From Myxococcota bacterium (lineage in GTDB: Bacteria; Myxococcota; XYA12-FULL-58-9; JALHOP01): a stretch of 40,687 bases of DNA. The DNA lies in the NCBI GenBank assembly GCA_041288095.1, contig JBGGMJ010000194.1, positions 1 through 40,687 of the forward strand, read 5' to 3'. A program made the translations under genes and the position numbers. The notes below the pieces were generated by a model that did no database searches, was not told the DNA's origin, and saw only the letters and a list, made by a program, of their open reading frames with translations. Shown piece after piece: positions 17,462 through 25,456 of the stretch. The first letter of the stretch is position 1. Every line of letters begins with the position of its first letter.

Positions 17462-18811
17462 ATGACGTGGACCAATGTTCGTAACATGCACCTTGCGGTC
17501 GCCTGCGTAGGCTTCGTCGCGGCGTGCGGCGCATCGACGACGCTCGATGGCAGCACCAGTACTCAAGAGCTCTCCGAGACGCTCATCAGGGTCACCGAGT
17601 TTTCGGATGACTCCCACTGCCCAGGCGAAGGCAGTCGCGTCGAAGCGGGACTCGACGACGGTGAGGGCGAGAGCGTCGCCGGTGACGGAGTCCTCCAAAG
17701 CGGTGAAGTCGACTCGACGACATACATCTGCACTGGTTCGACCGGCCCCTCGGGTGACGACGGTTACAACAGCCTGCTGCGCGCGGTTCCGGAGGGCGTC
17801 GGTGAAAACTGCGGAGCCCCTGGCTTCCGCATCGACACTGGCCTCGACAACGGCGACGGCGGCAGCGTCAACACCATCAATTCGAGCGTTGCGAACGACG
17901 GCATCCTGCAGGATGGCGAAGTCGACAGCAGCGAATACCTCTGCGAGCCCCCGCACCCCCGCGGCGCCCTCATTGCCTTCCAGAACGGCACCGGCACCGG
18001 CAACGTCCTGAGCGTCGACGTGGTCGCGATGACGGCGACCTCCATCCATGATGTCGACGACGACTTCGTCCAGGCTGTCCACTCGCGCGGTGGCGCTATC
18101 GCGTACCGCCACTACGCGGACGACGACCTCACGACTGTCCACTCGAACGGCAACTACTACGACATCAACTCGCTCTGGGGCGGCACCGCTTACTTCACCG
18201 CGGTGCATGGCTCGAAGGTCGCCTTCGTGGGCGCGTATGGTGGCCCCTGGAACGTGTTCGCCGGCGACTACGTCGATGGCTCCTTCACGCAGATCACCGA
18301 CAACGAGGAGCTGGGCACCGGCTACTACGAAATCGACACCGACGGTGAGTGGGTCGTGTATCGCCGCTTCGCGAACGGCTCGAACGCCATCGTCGCCTAC
18401 AACTTGGTGACGGCGGCATCGGTCGAGGTCGGCTCGGGTCATTCGCCGCACGTCGGCGCCGGTCATGTCAGCTACGTCGCGGCCGGTGATGACGTGGTCG
18501 TCTACGACCTCGCGGCCGAAACGGCGAGCAACCTCACCGTGGACATCGCCGGCGAAGCGAGCGAGGCGACGATCGACGGCGACATCCTGGCTTTCACTGC
18601 GGAGAGCGCGCTCTACGTCTACGACTTCGGTACCGGCCAGCGTTCGCTCGTACAGGGCGCCACCACCAATCGGGCCCGCGCCGTTGGCAACACCGTGTTG
18701 TTCGTTACAGCGGACCACCACATGGCCCGCGTCTACAACGTGGCCACCGGCGGTATCGCGACAGTCGCCAACGATGCGTCGACGTACTTCGACTTCCGGC
18801 CGGCCGACTAA
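17462..18811 (+). CDS. Lipoprotein with two C..G.R...GLD...DG.LQ.GEVDS..Y.C repeats and a C-terminal beta-propeller-like domain
   Basis: Lipobox VAAC. Repeats HCPGEGSRVEAGLDD..GDGVLQSGEVDSTTYIC and NCGAPGFRIDTGLDN..NDGILQDGEVDSSEYLC. C-terminal IDTDGEWVVY / IDGDILAF / VYDL blades. Confidence 0.75.
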   Translation: MTWTNVRNMHLAVACVGFVAACGASTTLDGSTSTQELSETLIRVTEFSDDSHCPGEGSRVEAGLDDGEGESVAGDGVLQSGEVDSTTYICTGSTGPSGDDGYNSLLRAVPEGVGENCGAPGFRIDTGLDNGDGGSVNTINSSVANDGILQDGEVDSSEYLCEPPHPRGALIAFQNGTGTGNVLSVDVVAMTATSIHDVDDDFVQAVHSRGGAIAYRHYADDDLTTVHSNGNYYDINSLWGGTAYFTAVHGSKVAFVGAYGGPWNVFAGDYVDGSFTQITDNEELGTGYYEIDTDGEWVVYRRFANGSNAIVAYNLVTAASVEVGSGHSPHVGAGHVSYVAAGDDVVVYDLAAETASNLTVDIAGEASEATIDGDILAFTAESALYVYDFGTGQRSLVQGATTNRARAVGNTVLFVTADHHMARVYNVATGGIATVANDASTYFDFRPAD

Positions 18812-18835
18812 CGTAAAGAACCCACGTCTGACCGT

Positions 18836-18878
18836 CTTGGCCTACGCCGGCTCCGATCTTCGGGCGGCGTAGGCCGAG
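18836..18878 (+). terminator. Stem-loop downstream of the 17462-18811 gene
   Basis: GGCCTACGCCG (18839-18849) / CGGCGTAGGCC (18865-18875) is a perfect 11-bp inverted repeat, extendable with a G-U pair. Confidence 0.6.
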
Positions 18879-19046
18879 CGCGTTTATGGGCACCCGAGTA
18901 TCGTCTCTCACGTCTTACGCGGATGTCGTGGATCAGCGCGAAATGTTTGGGAAAATGCGCCTTGACCCCAACTAACGACCTGTGTGCTTTTCAATGTCCG
19001 AGCCCGGCGCGTGGGGATGCAGCCAGGGCAAACATAGGACGTTGGC

Positions 19047-21713
19047 GTGAACCGAACGGTGCTTCGAGGCTGTTGTCTCCAGAAGTTTGTTCTCGTGTTG
19101 GCGCTCGCGAGCTCGTTCGCCATGGGATGCGGCGACGAGGACGACAATTTACGCGACGAGTGCAACGACAGCTGCGGGGTGACTGGCGCGCTGGCTTGTA
19201 ACGACGGTGTGCTCCGGACCTGCGTCGAAGACGCTGACGGTTGCCGCGCCTGGGATGGCGGCACGACGTGCCCCAACGGCGCATGTGCTGACTCGGTCTC
19301 CTGCGGTGCGTGCACCAACAGCTGCTCTGCCGCGGGCGTGACTTCCTGTGATGACGGCGTCGTCGAAACCTGCGTCGCCGATGGCAATGGTTGCCTCGCT
19401 TTCGCTACCGGGACGGCCTGCCCCGACGGCTTCTGCGGTGACGCTGCTTCCTGCGGCACCTGCACCAACACGTGCTCCGCAGTCGGCGTGACCGCGTGCT
19501 CGGCGGGCGTCGTGAGCACCTGCGTTGCCGACAGCAATGGTTGTCGCTCCTTCAACGCCGGCACTGCTTGTCCCGACAACTTCTGCGGCGACACCGCGTC
19601 CTGCGGCACCTGCGCCAACACCTGCGCCGCGGCGGGTGACACCTCCTGCTCCGCCGGTGTCCTTCAGACTTGTGTCGCCGATGGCAACGGCTGCCTCGCC
19701 TTCAACTCGGGTACGGCCTGCGCCGACAACTTCTGCGCCGATGCCGCTACTTGCGGCACCTGCGCCAACACCTGCGCCGCCGCGGGCGACACCTCCTGCT
19801 CCGCCGGCGTCCTTCAGACTTGCGTCGCCGACAGCAACGGCTGCCTCGCCTTCAACTCGGGTACGGCTTGCACGGACAACTTCTGCGCTGATGCCGCCAC
19901 TTGCGGCACCTGCACCAACACCTGCGCCGCCGCGGGGAACACCTCGTGCGTTGGCGGCGTCCTTCAGACCTGCGTCGCCGACAGCAACGGCTGCCTCGCG
20001 TTCAACTCGGGTACGGCCTGCACGGACAACTTCTGCGCCGATGCCAGCACCTGTGGCACCTGCACCAACACCTGCGCCGCGGCAGGAGACACCGTGTGCG
20101 TTTCCGGCGTTCTGCAAACTTGTGTCGCCGACGGCAACGGCTGTCTGGCATTGAACTCGGGCTCGACCTGCCCCGACGGCTTCTGCGCCGACGCAGTCTC
20201 TTGCGGCACCTGCACCAACTCCTGCGCGACAGCGGGCGATACGGAGTGCAACGCCGGCGTGCTGACCACTTGCGTGGCCGACGTCAACGGCTGCTTGGCC
20301 TTCAACGCGGGCACGGCTTGCCCCGATGGCACCTGCGCTGACGCGGTATCGTGCTCGACGTGTCTCAACACCTGCGCGACCGCGGGCGACACGGCTTGCA
20401 ACGCCGGCGTGCTCACGACCTGCGTTGCGGACGTGAACGGCTGCTTGGCGATGAACGCCGGCACCTCTTGCCCCGACGGGTTCTGCGCCGACGCGGCTTC
20501 ATGCGGTACGTGCACCAACACCTGCGCCGCCGTTGGTGATACCTCCTGCGCTGCTGGTGTTCTGCAGACCTGCGTTGCTGACGGCAACGGCTGCTTGTCC
20601 TTCAACGCCGGCTCGTCTTGCCCCGACGGGTTCTGCGCCGACACGGCTTCGTGCGGTACGTGCACCAACACCTGCGCCTTGGCCGGAGACACGGCGTGCT
20701 CCGCTGGTGAGCTCACCACCTGCGTGGCTGACACGAACGGCTGCCTCGCGTTCAACGCCGGCACGACCTGCCCCGATGGTTTCTGCGCTGACGCAGTCTC
20801 TTGCGGCACGTGCGCCAATACCTGCGCCAATGCAGGTGACACCTCGTGCGCCGTCGGTGTGCTCACTACCTGTGTCGCCGACATCAATGGCTGCCTTGCG
20901 CCGAACGCCGGCGCGGGATGCCCGAGCGGCTTCTGCGAGAGCGCTACGGCGTGCTCGCCGCCGCCGGATCACTTCAGCATCGCGGTGATCGGCACCCAGC
21001 ACTCGGGCACCGCGTTCGACATCGTCGTCACGGCGGAAGACGCCGGCAACGCCACGATCACCGCGTTCGAGGGCACCGTCGACCTCGCGGTCAACTCGGG
21101 CACCATCGCTCCGCTCACCAGCGGCGCGTTCGTCGCCGGCGTGTTGACGCAGAGTGTGACCATTACCGGGCCGTACCGCACCAACGAGATCGTCCAGGTG
21201 ACCAACACCGCTGGCGGCGCGTCGGGGACGAGCAACGCGTTCACCTTGAACCGCTTCCACGCGACGGCGGTGGCCCTGGTCGACGGAGCCGCGAACGCGG
21301 GCCGCATTCAGAACGGGGACCTCATCGTGCTGACCTTCAGCGAGGCTGCTTCGCCCGCCTCCGTCGGGACGTGCGGGATTACGACCGCTGCTACCGGCCT
21401 GTTGTTCAATGACTCGGGTGGCGCTATCGCGGACACCGTTACGGCGGACACGACGGCTCTGCACATGGGCACGATCAATCTGGGCAACGGCGGATACATG
21501 ACGGGCAATCGCACGACCGACACCTCGACCTGCGTATGGAGCGCGGGCGATACCGTCCTTACGATCTCCGTGCTCGGTATGACCGGCTCGGTCGTCGCCA
21601 GTGTCGGCACCGCGAGCACGGCGACCTGGACACCGGTTGCCGGCCCGACCAGCGCCACGGGTGAGGCTCTCGACCTCACGCAAGTGCCCACGGTGACTGC
21701 GGTTCTCTTCTAG
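19047..21713 (+). CDS. Cys-rich tandem-repeat surface lipoprotein with C-terminal Ig-like/beta domains
   Basis: GTG start and lipobox-like AMGC. Twelve 50-aa repeats with 8 Cys each. Tail DHFSI..Q.SGTAFDIVVTAEDAGN...F.GTV.L..SG...F..GV....VT is Ig-like. Confidence 0.85.
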   Translation: MNRTVLRGCCLQKFVLVLALASSFAMGCGDEDDNLRDECNDSCGVTGALACNDGVLRTCVEDADGCRAWDGGTTCPNGACADSVSCGACTNSCSAAGVTSCDDGVVETCVADGNGCLAFATGTACPDGFCGDAASCGTCTNTCSAVGVTACSAGVVSTCVADSNGCRSFNAGTACPDNFCGDTASCGTCANTCAAAGDTSCSAGVLQTCVADGNGCLAFNSGTACADNFCADAATCGTCANTCAAAGDTSCSAGVLQTCVADSNGCLAFNSGTACTDNFCADAATCGTCTNTCAAAGNTSCVGGVLQTCVADSNGCLAFNSGTACTDNFCADASTCGTCTNTCAAAGDTVCVSGVLQTCVADGNGCLALNSGSTCPDGFCADAVSCGTCTNSCATAGDTECNAGVLTTCVADVNGCLAFNAGTACPDGTCADAVSCSTCLNTCATAGDTACNAGVLTTCVADVNGCLAMNAGTSCPDGFCADAASCGTCTNTCAAVGDTSCAAGVLQTCVADGNGCLSFNAGSSCPDGFCADTASCGTCTNTCALAGDTACSAGELTTCVADTNGCLAFNAGTTCPDGFCADAVSCGTCANTCANAGDTSCAVGVLTTCVADINGCLAPNAGAGCPSGFCESATACSPPPDHFSIAVIGTQHSGTAFDIVVTAEDAGNATITAFEGTVDLAVNSGTIAPLTSGAFVAGVLTQSVTITGPYRTNEIVQVTNTAGGASGTSNAFTLNRFHATAVALVDGAANAGRIQNGDLIVLTFSEAASPASVGTCGITTAATGLLFNDSGGAIADTVTADTTALHMGTINLGNGGYMTGNRTTDTSTCVWSAGDTVLTISVLGMTGSVVASVGTASTATWTPVAGPTSATGEALDLTQVPTVTAVLF
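19158..20957 (+). repeat. 12 x 150-bp in-frame tandem repeat (50 aa, 8 Cys each)
   Basis: Consensus TCxNTCAAAGDTSCxAGVLxTCVADxNGCLAFNxGTxCPDxFCADAxSCG. Twelve units counted directly, and units 4-6 are nearly identical. Confidence 0.95.
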
Positions 21714-21735
21714 AAGGGCGTCCACGAGGCGGTTT

Positions 21736-21764
21736 GGCGACCCGCGTCACGAGCGCGGGTCGTT
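21736..21764 (+). terminator. Stem-loop after the repeat lipoprotein gene
   Basis: CGACCCGCG (21738-21746) / CGCGGGTCG (21754-21762). Confidence 0.55.
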
Positions 21765-21837
21765 CCTCGTTGATAGATCGGTTTCGGCCGGCTACACCTA
21801 ACTACTCGGCCTTCGTCGACCTTCAACAGGGAGATGG

Positions 21838-22509
21838 ATGATGCAAATCCACCGCCTCGTGCCTTTCGTAGCTCTAGCTCTCATCGGATGTACCGGCTCA
21901 GTCGACGGCTATCCCGGGAACCCGGAGCTCGCGCGCGAGCTGGCGGCGTCCAACGCGCTGCAAGCCAAAGGCGGCCAACTGAAGGTCACCATTTGCCACG
22001 TACCGCCGGGCAACGTGGAGAACGCTCACGAGATCACCGTCGGCGCTCCGGCAGTGCCTGCCCATCTTGCGCATGGCGACATCATTGGCGGCTGCGGCGG
22101 CACGGACCCTGGCACTGATCCCGGCACGGACCCCGGCACCGACCCGGGCACGGACCCCGGTACAGACCCGGGCACCGATCCCGGTACCGACCCCGGCGGC
22201 ACCGACTGCGGCAACAATCATGTCGAAGAGGGTGAGCTGTGCGACGGCACCGACCTCGGCGGAACGACCTGCGCGACCTATGGCTTCGAGGGGGGCACCG
22301 TCGTTTGCACCTCGATCTGCACCATCGATCGCACTGGTTGTACGAATGACGATCCGCCACCGCCGCCTCCGCCACAGGGTGACGAGTGCACGACCTGCGA
22401 CCAGTGCGGCGGCCAAGCGTGCAATGCGGGTCTGTGCGGCGCCTGCGTGACCAGCGCCGATTGCTGCGGACCGCTGCAATGCTTCGCCGGCGTTTGCGCT
22501 CTCTTCTAA
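21838..22509 (+). CDS. Lipoprotein with a KVTICH..PGN..H...HLAHGD motif, a (GTDP)8 linker and myxobacterial-type Cys-rich domains
   Basis: GGAG RBS and lipobox LIGC. CGNNHVEEGELCDGTDLGGTTC..GF.GG...C resembles the Myxococcus Cys-rich repeat. Poly-Pro stretch and a C-terminal Cys cluster. Confidence 0.8.
   Translation: MMQIHRLVPFVALALIGCTGSVDGYPGNPELARELAASNALQAKGGQLKVTICHVPPGNVENAHEITVGAPAVPAHLAHGDIIGGCGGTDPGTDPGTDPGTDPGTDPGTDPGTDPGTDPGGTDCGNNHVEEGELCDGTDLGGTTCATYGFEGGTVVCTSICTIDRTGCTNDDPPPPPPPQGDECTTCDQCGGQACNAGLCGACVTSADCCGPLQCFAGVCALF
22099..22194 (+). repeat. 8 x 12-bp coding repeat (GTDP)
   Basis: Eight GGN ACN GAY CCN units with synonymous variation. Confidence 0.9.
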
Positions 22510-22510
22510 G

Positions 22511-22948
22511 ATGACCGTTCCAGCGGCGCTTGCGCTCGTTGCTCTCTTCGGAGCTCCAACGAGCGCGGCCCCGCGGGCCGGTGCTGTCACCGTCGAACAG
22601 CTCGAGGCGTTCGCCCAGGCGTGGAACCGCCATGACGTCGACGCGCTCATGGCCGCGATGACGGACGACTGTGTCTACGAAGCCAGCGTCGGTCCCGAGC
22701 TCAGCGGCAAACGTTACGTCGGCAAAGTGGCCGTGCGCCGCGCCTTCGAGGAGCTCCTCGCCCGCTTCCCCGACGCTCAGTGGACGAACCCCAAACACTT
22801 CATCGCCGGCAACCGCGGCGTCACCGAGTGGGTGTTCACCGCTACCGCGCCCGATGGGACGCGCATCGTCAATCAGGGCTGCGACGTGTTCACGTTCGCC
22901 AACGGCAAAATCGCGGTGAAGAGCGCGTACCGCAAACGCCCGAGCTAG
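22511..22948 (+). CDS. SnoaL-like / NTF2-family protein
   Basis: AFAQAWNRHDVDALMAAMTDDCVYE, FPDAQW, GVTEWVFT, GCDVFTF..GKI..K..Y.K. Possible N-terminal signal peptide. Confidence 0.85.
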   Translation: MTVPAALALVALFGAPTSAAPRAGAVTVEQLEAFAQAWNRHDVDALMAAMTDDCVYEASVGPELSGKRYVGKVAVRRAFEELLARFPDAQWTNPKHFIAGNRGVTEWVFTATAPDGTRIVNQGCDVFTFANGKIAVKSAYRKRPS

Positions 22949-23484
22949 GGCGCCGGTGCGAGGTCTCGCAGCGCCGGGCTCTCGCGTAGCATCCTGCGCG
23001 CGCGATGCAGCCGCGTCTTGAGCGCTTCGACCGTGATGCCGAGCGCGTCGGCGGCTTCAGGAGCCGTGCGACCTTCGATGTCACGTAGGATCACCACTTC
23101 ACGGTACTGAGGTTCCAACGTGGCAAGGGCGCCCGCGATCGCGCGCCAGAATTCTCGACCTTGGACGGTGCCTTCGACGTCGTCGCGTTCGTCGCGCAGG
23201 TGCTCGTCGAGGTCGACGTGACACGCTCGGCGATTCCCGCGCTCGAGACGCAGGCACCAGTTGCGTACGATCGTGAAGAGCCAGGTCGTAAAGGAAGCTG
23301 CCCGACGAAATGAGCCGATCGCCCGTGACGCCGACCACAATGTGAGCTGGACCGCGTCTTCGGTGTCCTCGGTGGTGCGGCAAACCGTGAGTCCATAGCG
23401 ATAGACACCGCCGCGATGTTGCTCGAGCAGCTTGTTCAGCGCCTCGCGGTTTCCGGCTTGGGCCAAATCGATGGTGGTTTCCAC
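22945..23484 (-). CDS. ECF-type RNA polymerase sigma factor
   Basis: Region 2 (AQAGNREA..LLEQH...EDTEDAVQ...F..WLFTIVRN) and region 4 (LEPQYREVVILRDIEG...EAADALGIT...KTRLHRAR). GTG start. Confidence 0.9.
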   Translation of the reverse strand: METTIDLAQAGNREALNKLLEQHRGGVYRYGLTVCRTTEDTEDAVQLTLWSASRAIGSFRRAASFTTWLFTIVRNWCLRLERGNRRACHVDLDEHLRDERDDVEGTVQGREFWRAIAGALATLEPQYREVVILRDIEGRTAPEAADALGITVEALKTRLHRARRMLRESPALRDLAPAP

Positions 23485-23544
23485 TCGGTCACCTTTTTTG
23501 CGGATCCGCGAATCCTTTTTGGCGCGCGACGACTCTCACCCGCC

Positions 23545-24291
23545 ATGACCAACGAACAACCAGCGCGCCGTATGCCTTCAATCGCTTGTCCGTCAACGTG
23601 TCCGACGACCGGTCTCGCCGCCGCGGTGGCGCGCTGGTGGTACAAAACAACGCACGCGTCGCGACCGAGCCAGCCGCGCCTCGTATCCATGTACCGGCGC
23701 CTGGCGGCGGTCTACGACCCGTGGACGCGACTGACCGAGAGTCGGTCGCTGCTGACCGCTGTCGCCAAAGCGGACATCCGTGACGGCGAGTCGGTGCTCG
23801 AAGTCGCGGTGGGTACAGGCTTCGTCTTCCGAGAGCTGCTGCGCCGAAACCCGAGCGGCACGACCGTGGGGATCGATCTCACACCCGAGATGCTCCGTCG
23901 CACGCGCGCGAAAGCAGAGAAGACAAGAGTGCCGTTTTCTCTCCTCGAAGGGGATGCACGAAAGCTACCGTTCGCCGACGGGGCTTTCGATGTCGTCCTC
24001 AGCGGCAACATGCTCGGCTTGTTGTCCGATGCCGATGCAGTCACCGCGTTGCGGGAGATGGCGCGCGTCCTGCGCCCCGGTGGTCGACTCGTTCTCATCA
24101 CCATGACGTGTCCGCGAAGCCTTCTGTCGGGTTGGATCTATCGCCTTGGAGCGATGCGTTTGGGCGGATGGCGCGACGTCCATGTCGAGCCGCTCGTGCG
24201 GGAGGTCGGTTTCGAGCAGGTGCGGCGGACGGTGGTCAGTCAGCTAGGTGTGCCGAGCGAGGTTCTCGTGGCATGGAGTGATGGATGCTAA
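23545..24291 (+). CDS. Class I SAM-dependent methyltransferase (UbiE-like)
   Basis: VLEVAVGTG motif I, GIDLTPEML, GDARKLPFADGAFD, EMARVLRPGG. Start uncertain (ATG 23545 chosen). Confidence 0.8.
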   Translation: MTNEQPARRMPSIACPSTCPTTGLAAAVARWWYKTTHASRPSQPRLVSMYRRLAAVYDPWTRLTESRSLLTAVAKADIRDGESVLEVAVGTGFVFRELLRRNPSGTTVGIDLTPEMLRRTRAKAEKTRVPFSLLEGDARKLPFADGAFDVVLSGNMLGLLSDADAVTALREMARVLRPGGRLVLITMTCPRSLLSGWIYRLGAMRLGGWRDVHVEPLVREVGFEQVRRTVVSQLGVPSEVLVAWSDGC

Positions 24292-24734
24292 CCCTGGCCT
24301 TCGCGATCCTCACGAGCACGACACCTCTTCCCGACATGACCTGGATGGCCGGCTATTGGCTGAACTGCGACGGCGGTCGCGAGACCTCGGAGACGTGGAG
24401 TGACCAGCACCGTGACGTCGTCGTCGGCACGTCGCTCGCCGTGAGCCCGCAAGAGCTGTGGTGGGAGCACATGCGCATCAGCGTCGCTGAAGGACGCGCC
24501 ACGTTCTTCGCGATGCCCTCGGACCAGAAGGCGACCGAGTTCAAGAGCATCGAGCTTGGCGAGCGCCGCGTCGTCTTCGAGAATCGCGAGCACGATTTTC
24601 CCCAGCGCGTGATCTACAGCCGCAAAGGCGAGCAGCTCATCGGGCGCATCGAGGGTAGCGAGAACGGCACCGCCAAAGCGATCGAGTGGCGTTACAAGAA
24701 GGCGGCCCTCAACAGTCACTGTCCGCGCAAGTAG
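24285..24734 (+). CDS. DUF6265-like secreted protein
   Basis: WMAGYW...ETWS...WEHMRI...VVFENREHDFPQRVIYSR...IEG. Overlaps the upstream stop. Confidence 0.7.
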   Translation: MLTLAFAILTSTTPLPDMTWMAGYWLNCDGGRETSETWSDQHRDVVVGTSLAVSPQELWWEHMRISVAEGRATFFAMPSDQKATEFKSIELGERRVVFENREHDFPQRVIYSRKGEQLIGRIEGSENGTAKAIEWRYKKAALNSHCPRK

Positions 24735-24740
24735 CGGTTG

Positions 24741-24767
24741 CGAGCCTGACGTGGCTTCGCAGGCTCG
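24741..24767 (+). terminator. Stem-loop after the DUF6265-like gene
   Basis: CGAGCCTG (24741-24748) / CAGGCTCG (24760-24767). Confidence 0.45.
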
Positions 24768-24772
24768 GGGGG

Positions 24773-24797
24773 CAACCAGCTCCGCAAGCGCCCGATA
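24773..24797 (+). promoter_or_regulatory. Sigma-28-like promoter candidate CAAC-N15-CCGATA
   Basis: gCAAC cagctccgcaagcgc CCGATAg, 9 nt before ATG 24807. Confidence 0.6.
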
Positions 24798-24806
24798 GTG
24801 GTGCAA

Positions 24807-25307
24807 ATGACAATTTCCAGGGTTTCCATTCAAGGGCAGCAGGCCTTGTCGGCTGGCGGCCGACTCCTCGGTCAGACCACCGCGGCTGTCTCCACGGTGC
24901 TCGGTCTCGACGCCGCCAGTGCCGCCCGGGTGCACTTCGGCCTGTGCTGCGTGTTCGTCTCGGGCTCGCTGCGCAACATTGGTTTGCCGCTGAACCCGTA
25001 TCTCCACGGCTCGACCTACACGCTCGAGCCCGCGCTGCAACAGCTCGGTTGGCGTCCGGAGTCGATGGCGACGGCCCCCCCAGGCTCGGTCGCCTTCTTC
25101 TCGCGACCCGGCGACATCGTGCCGTACCACGGCGCCTTCTTCGCGGGGCACGACGGGGCCAACGCGTACTTCTTGGAGAGCAGTAACGACGTCGACCTAA
25201 CGCCGCAGACCGTGCGCCTTCGTCGTGTGCCGGTGACCATGATCGCGGGCGCTGTGGCGGCCTTGGGGGACGGCGATTCCGTGCGTCTCGTGGCCCCTGT
25301 CATGTAG
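24807..25307 (+). CDS. Putative NlpC/P60/CHAP-like (papain-fold) cysteine hydrolase
   Basis: GLCCVFVSGSLRNIG (C-x-x-F-V, Cys47), LQQLGW, PPGSVAFF, YHGAFF (His108), FLES (Glu124). No Sec signal. Confidence 0.55.
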   Translation: MTISRVSIQGQQALSAGGRLLGQTTAAVSTVLGLDAASAARVHFGLCCVFVSGSLRNIGLPLNPYLHGSTYTLEPALQQLGWRPESMATAPPGSVAFFSRPGDIVPYHGAFFAGHDGANAYFLESSNDVDLTPQTVRLRRVPVTMIAGAVAALGDGDSVRLVAPVM

Positions 25308-25322
25308 CGCCAGGCCGCTTGA

Positions 25323-25351
25323 TTGCTAATCCGCGCCAATGAGCGTATGAG
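25323..25351 (+). promoter_or_regulatory. Sigma-70-like promoter candidate for the helicase gene
   Basis: TTGCTA-N17-TATGAG, with a second TATAAC at 25361, in a relatively AT-rich leader. Confidence 0.35.
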
Positions 25352-25456
25352 TCCCTTTCGTATAACTAGCAACTCGCCTGCCTGATATCGCTCCGCACTT
25401 CTGCAGTACGCTATCCGCCCTCGAGTATCCGCTTCCGTTCCAAAGAAGTTTTTTAA

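Noticed and set aside
18836..18878. GTAG-containing hairpin as a REP element
   Set aside because: It is the only copy I found in the window and there is no RAYT transposase, so it is treated as a terminator-like hairpin.
19158..20957. 150-bp periodic repeats as a CRISPR array or mobile element
   Set aside because: They are in-frame coding repeats with third-position variation. There are no unique spacers and no cas or transposase genes.
22099..22194. 12-bp tandem repeat as a phase-variation or slippage tract
   Set aside because: The unit is a multiple of 3 and synonymous-diverged, so it is a protein linker rather than a frameshifting switch.
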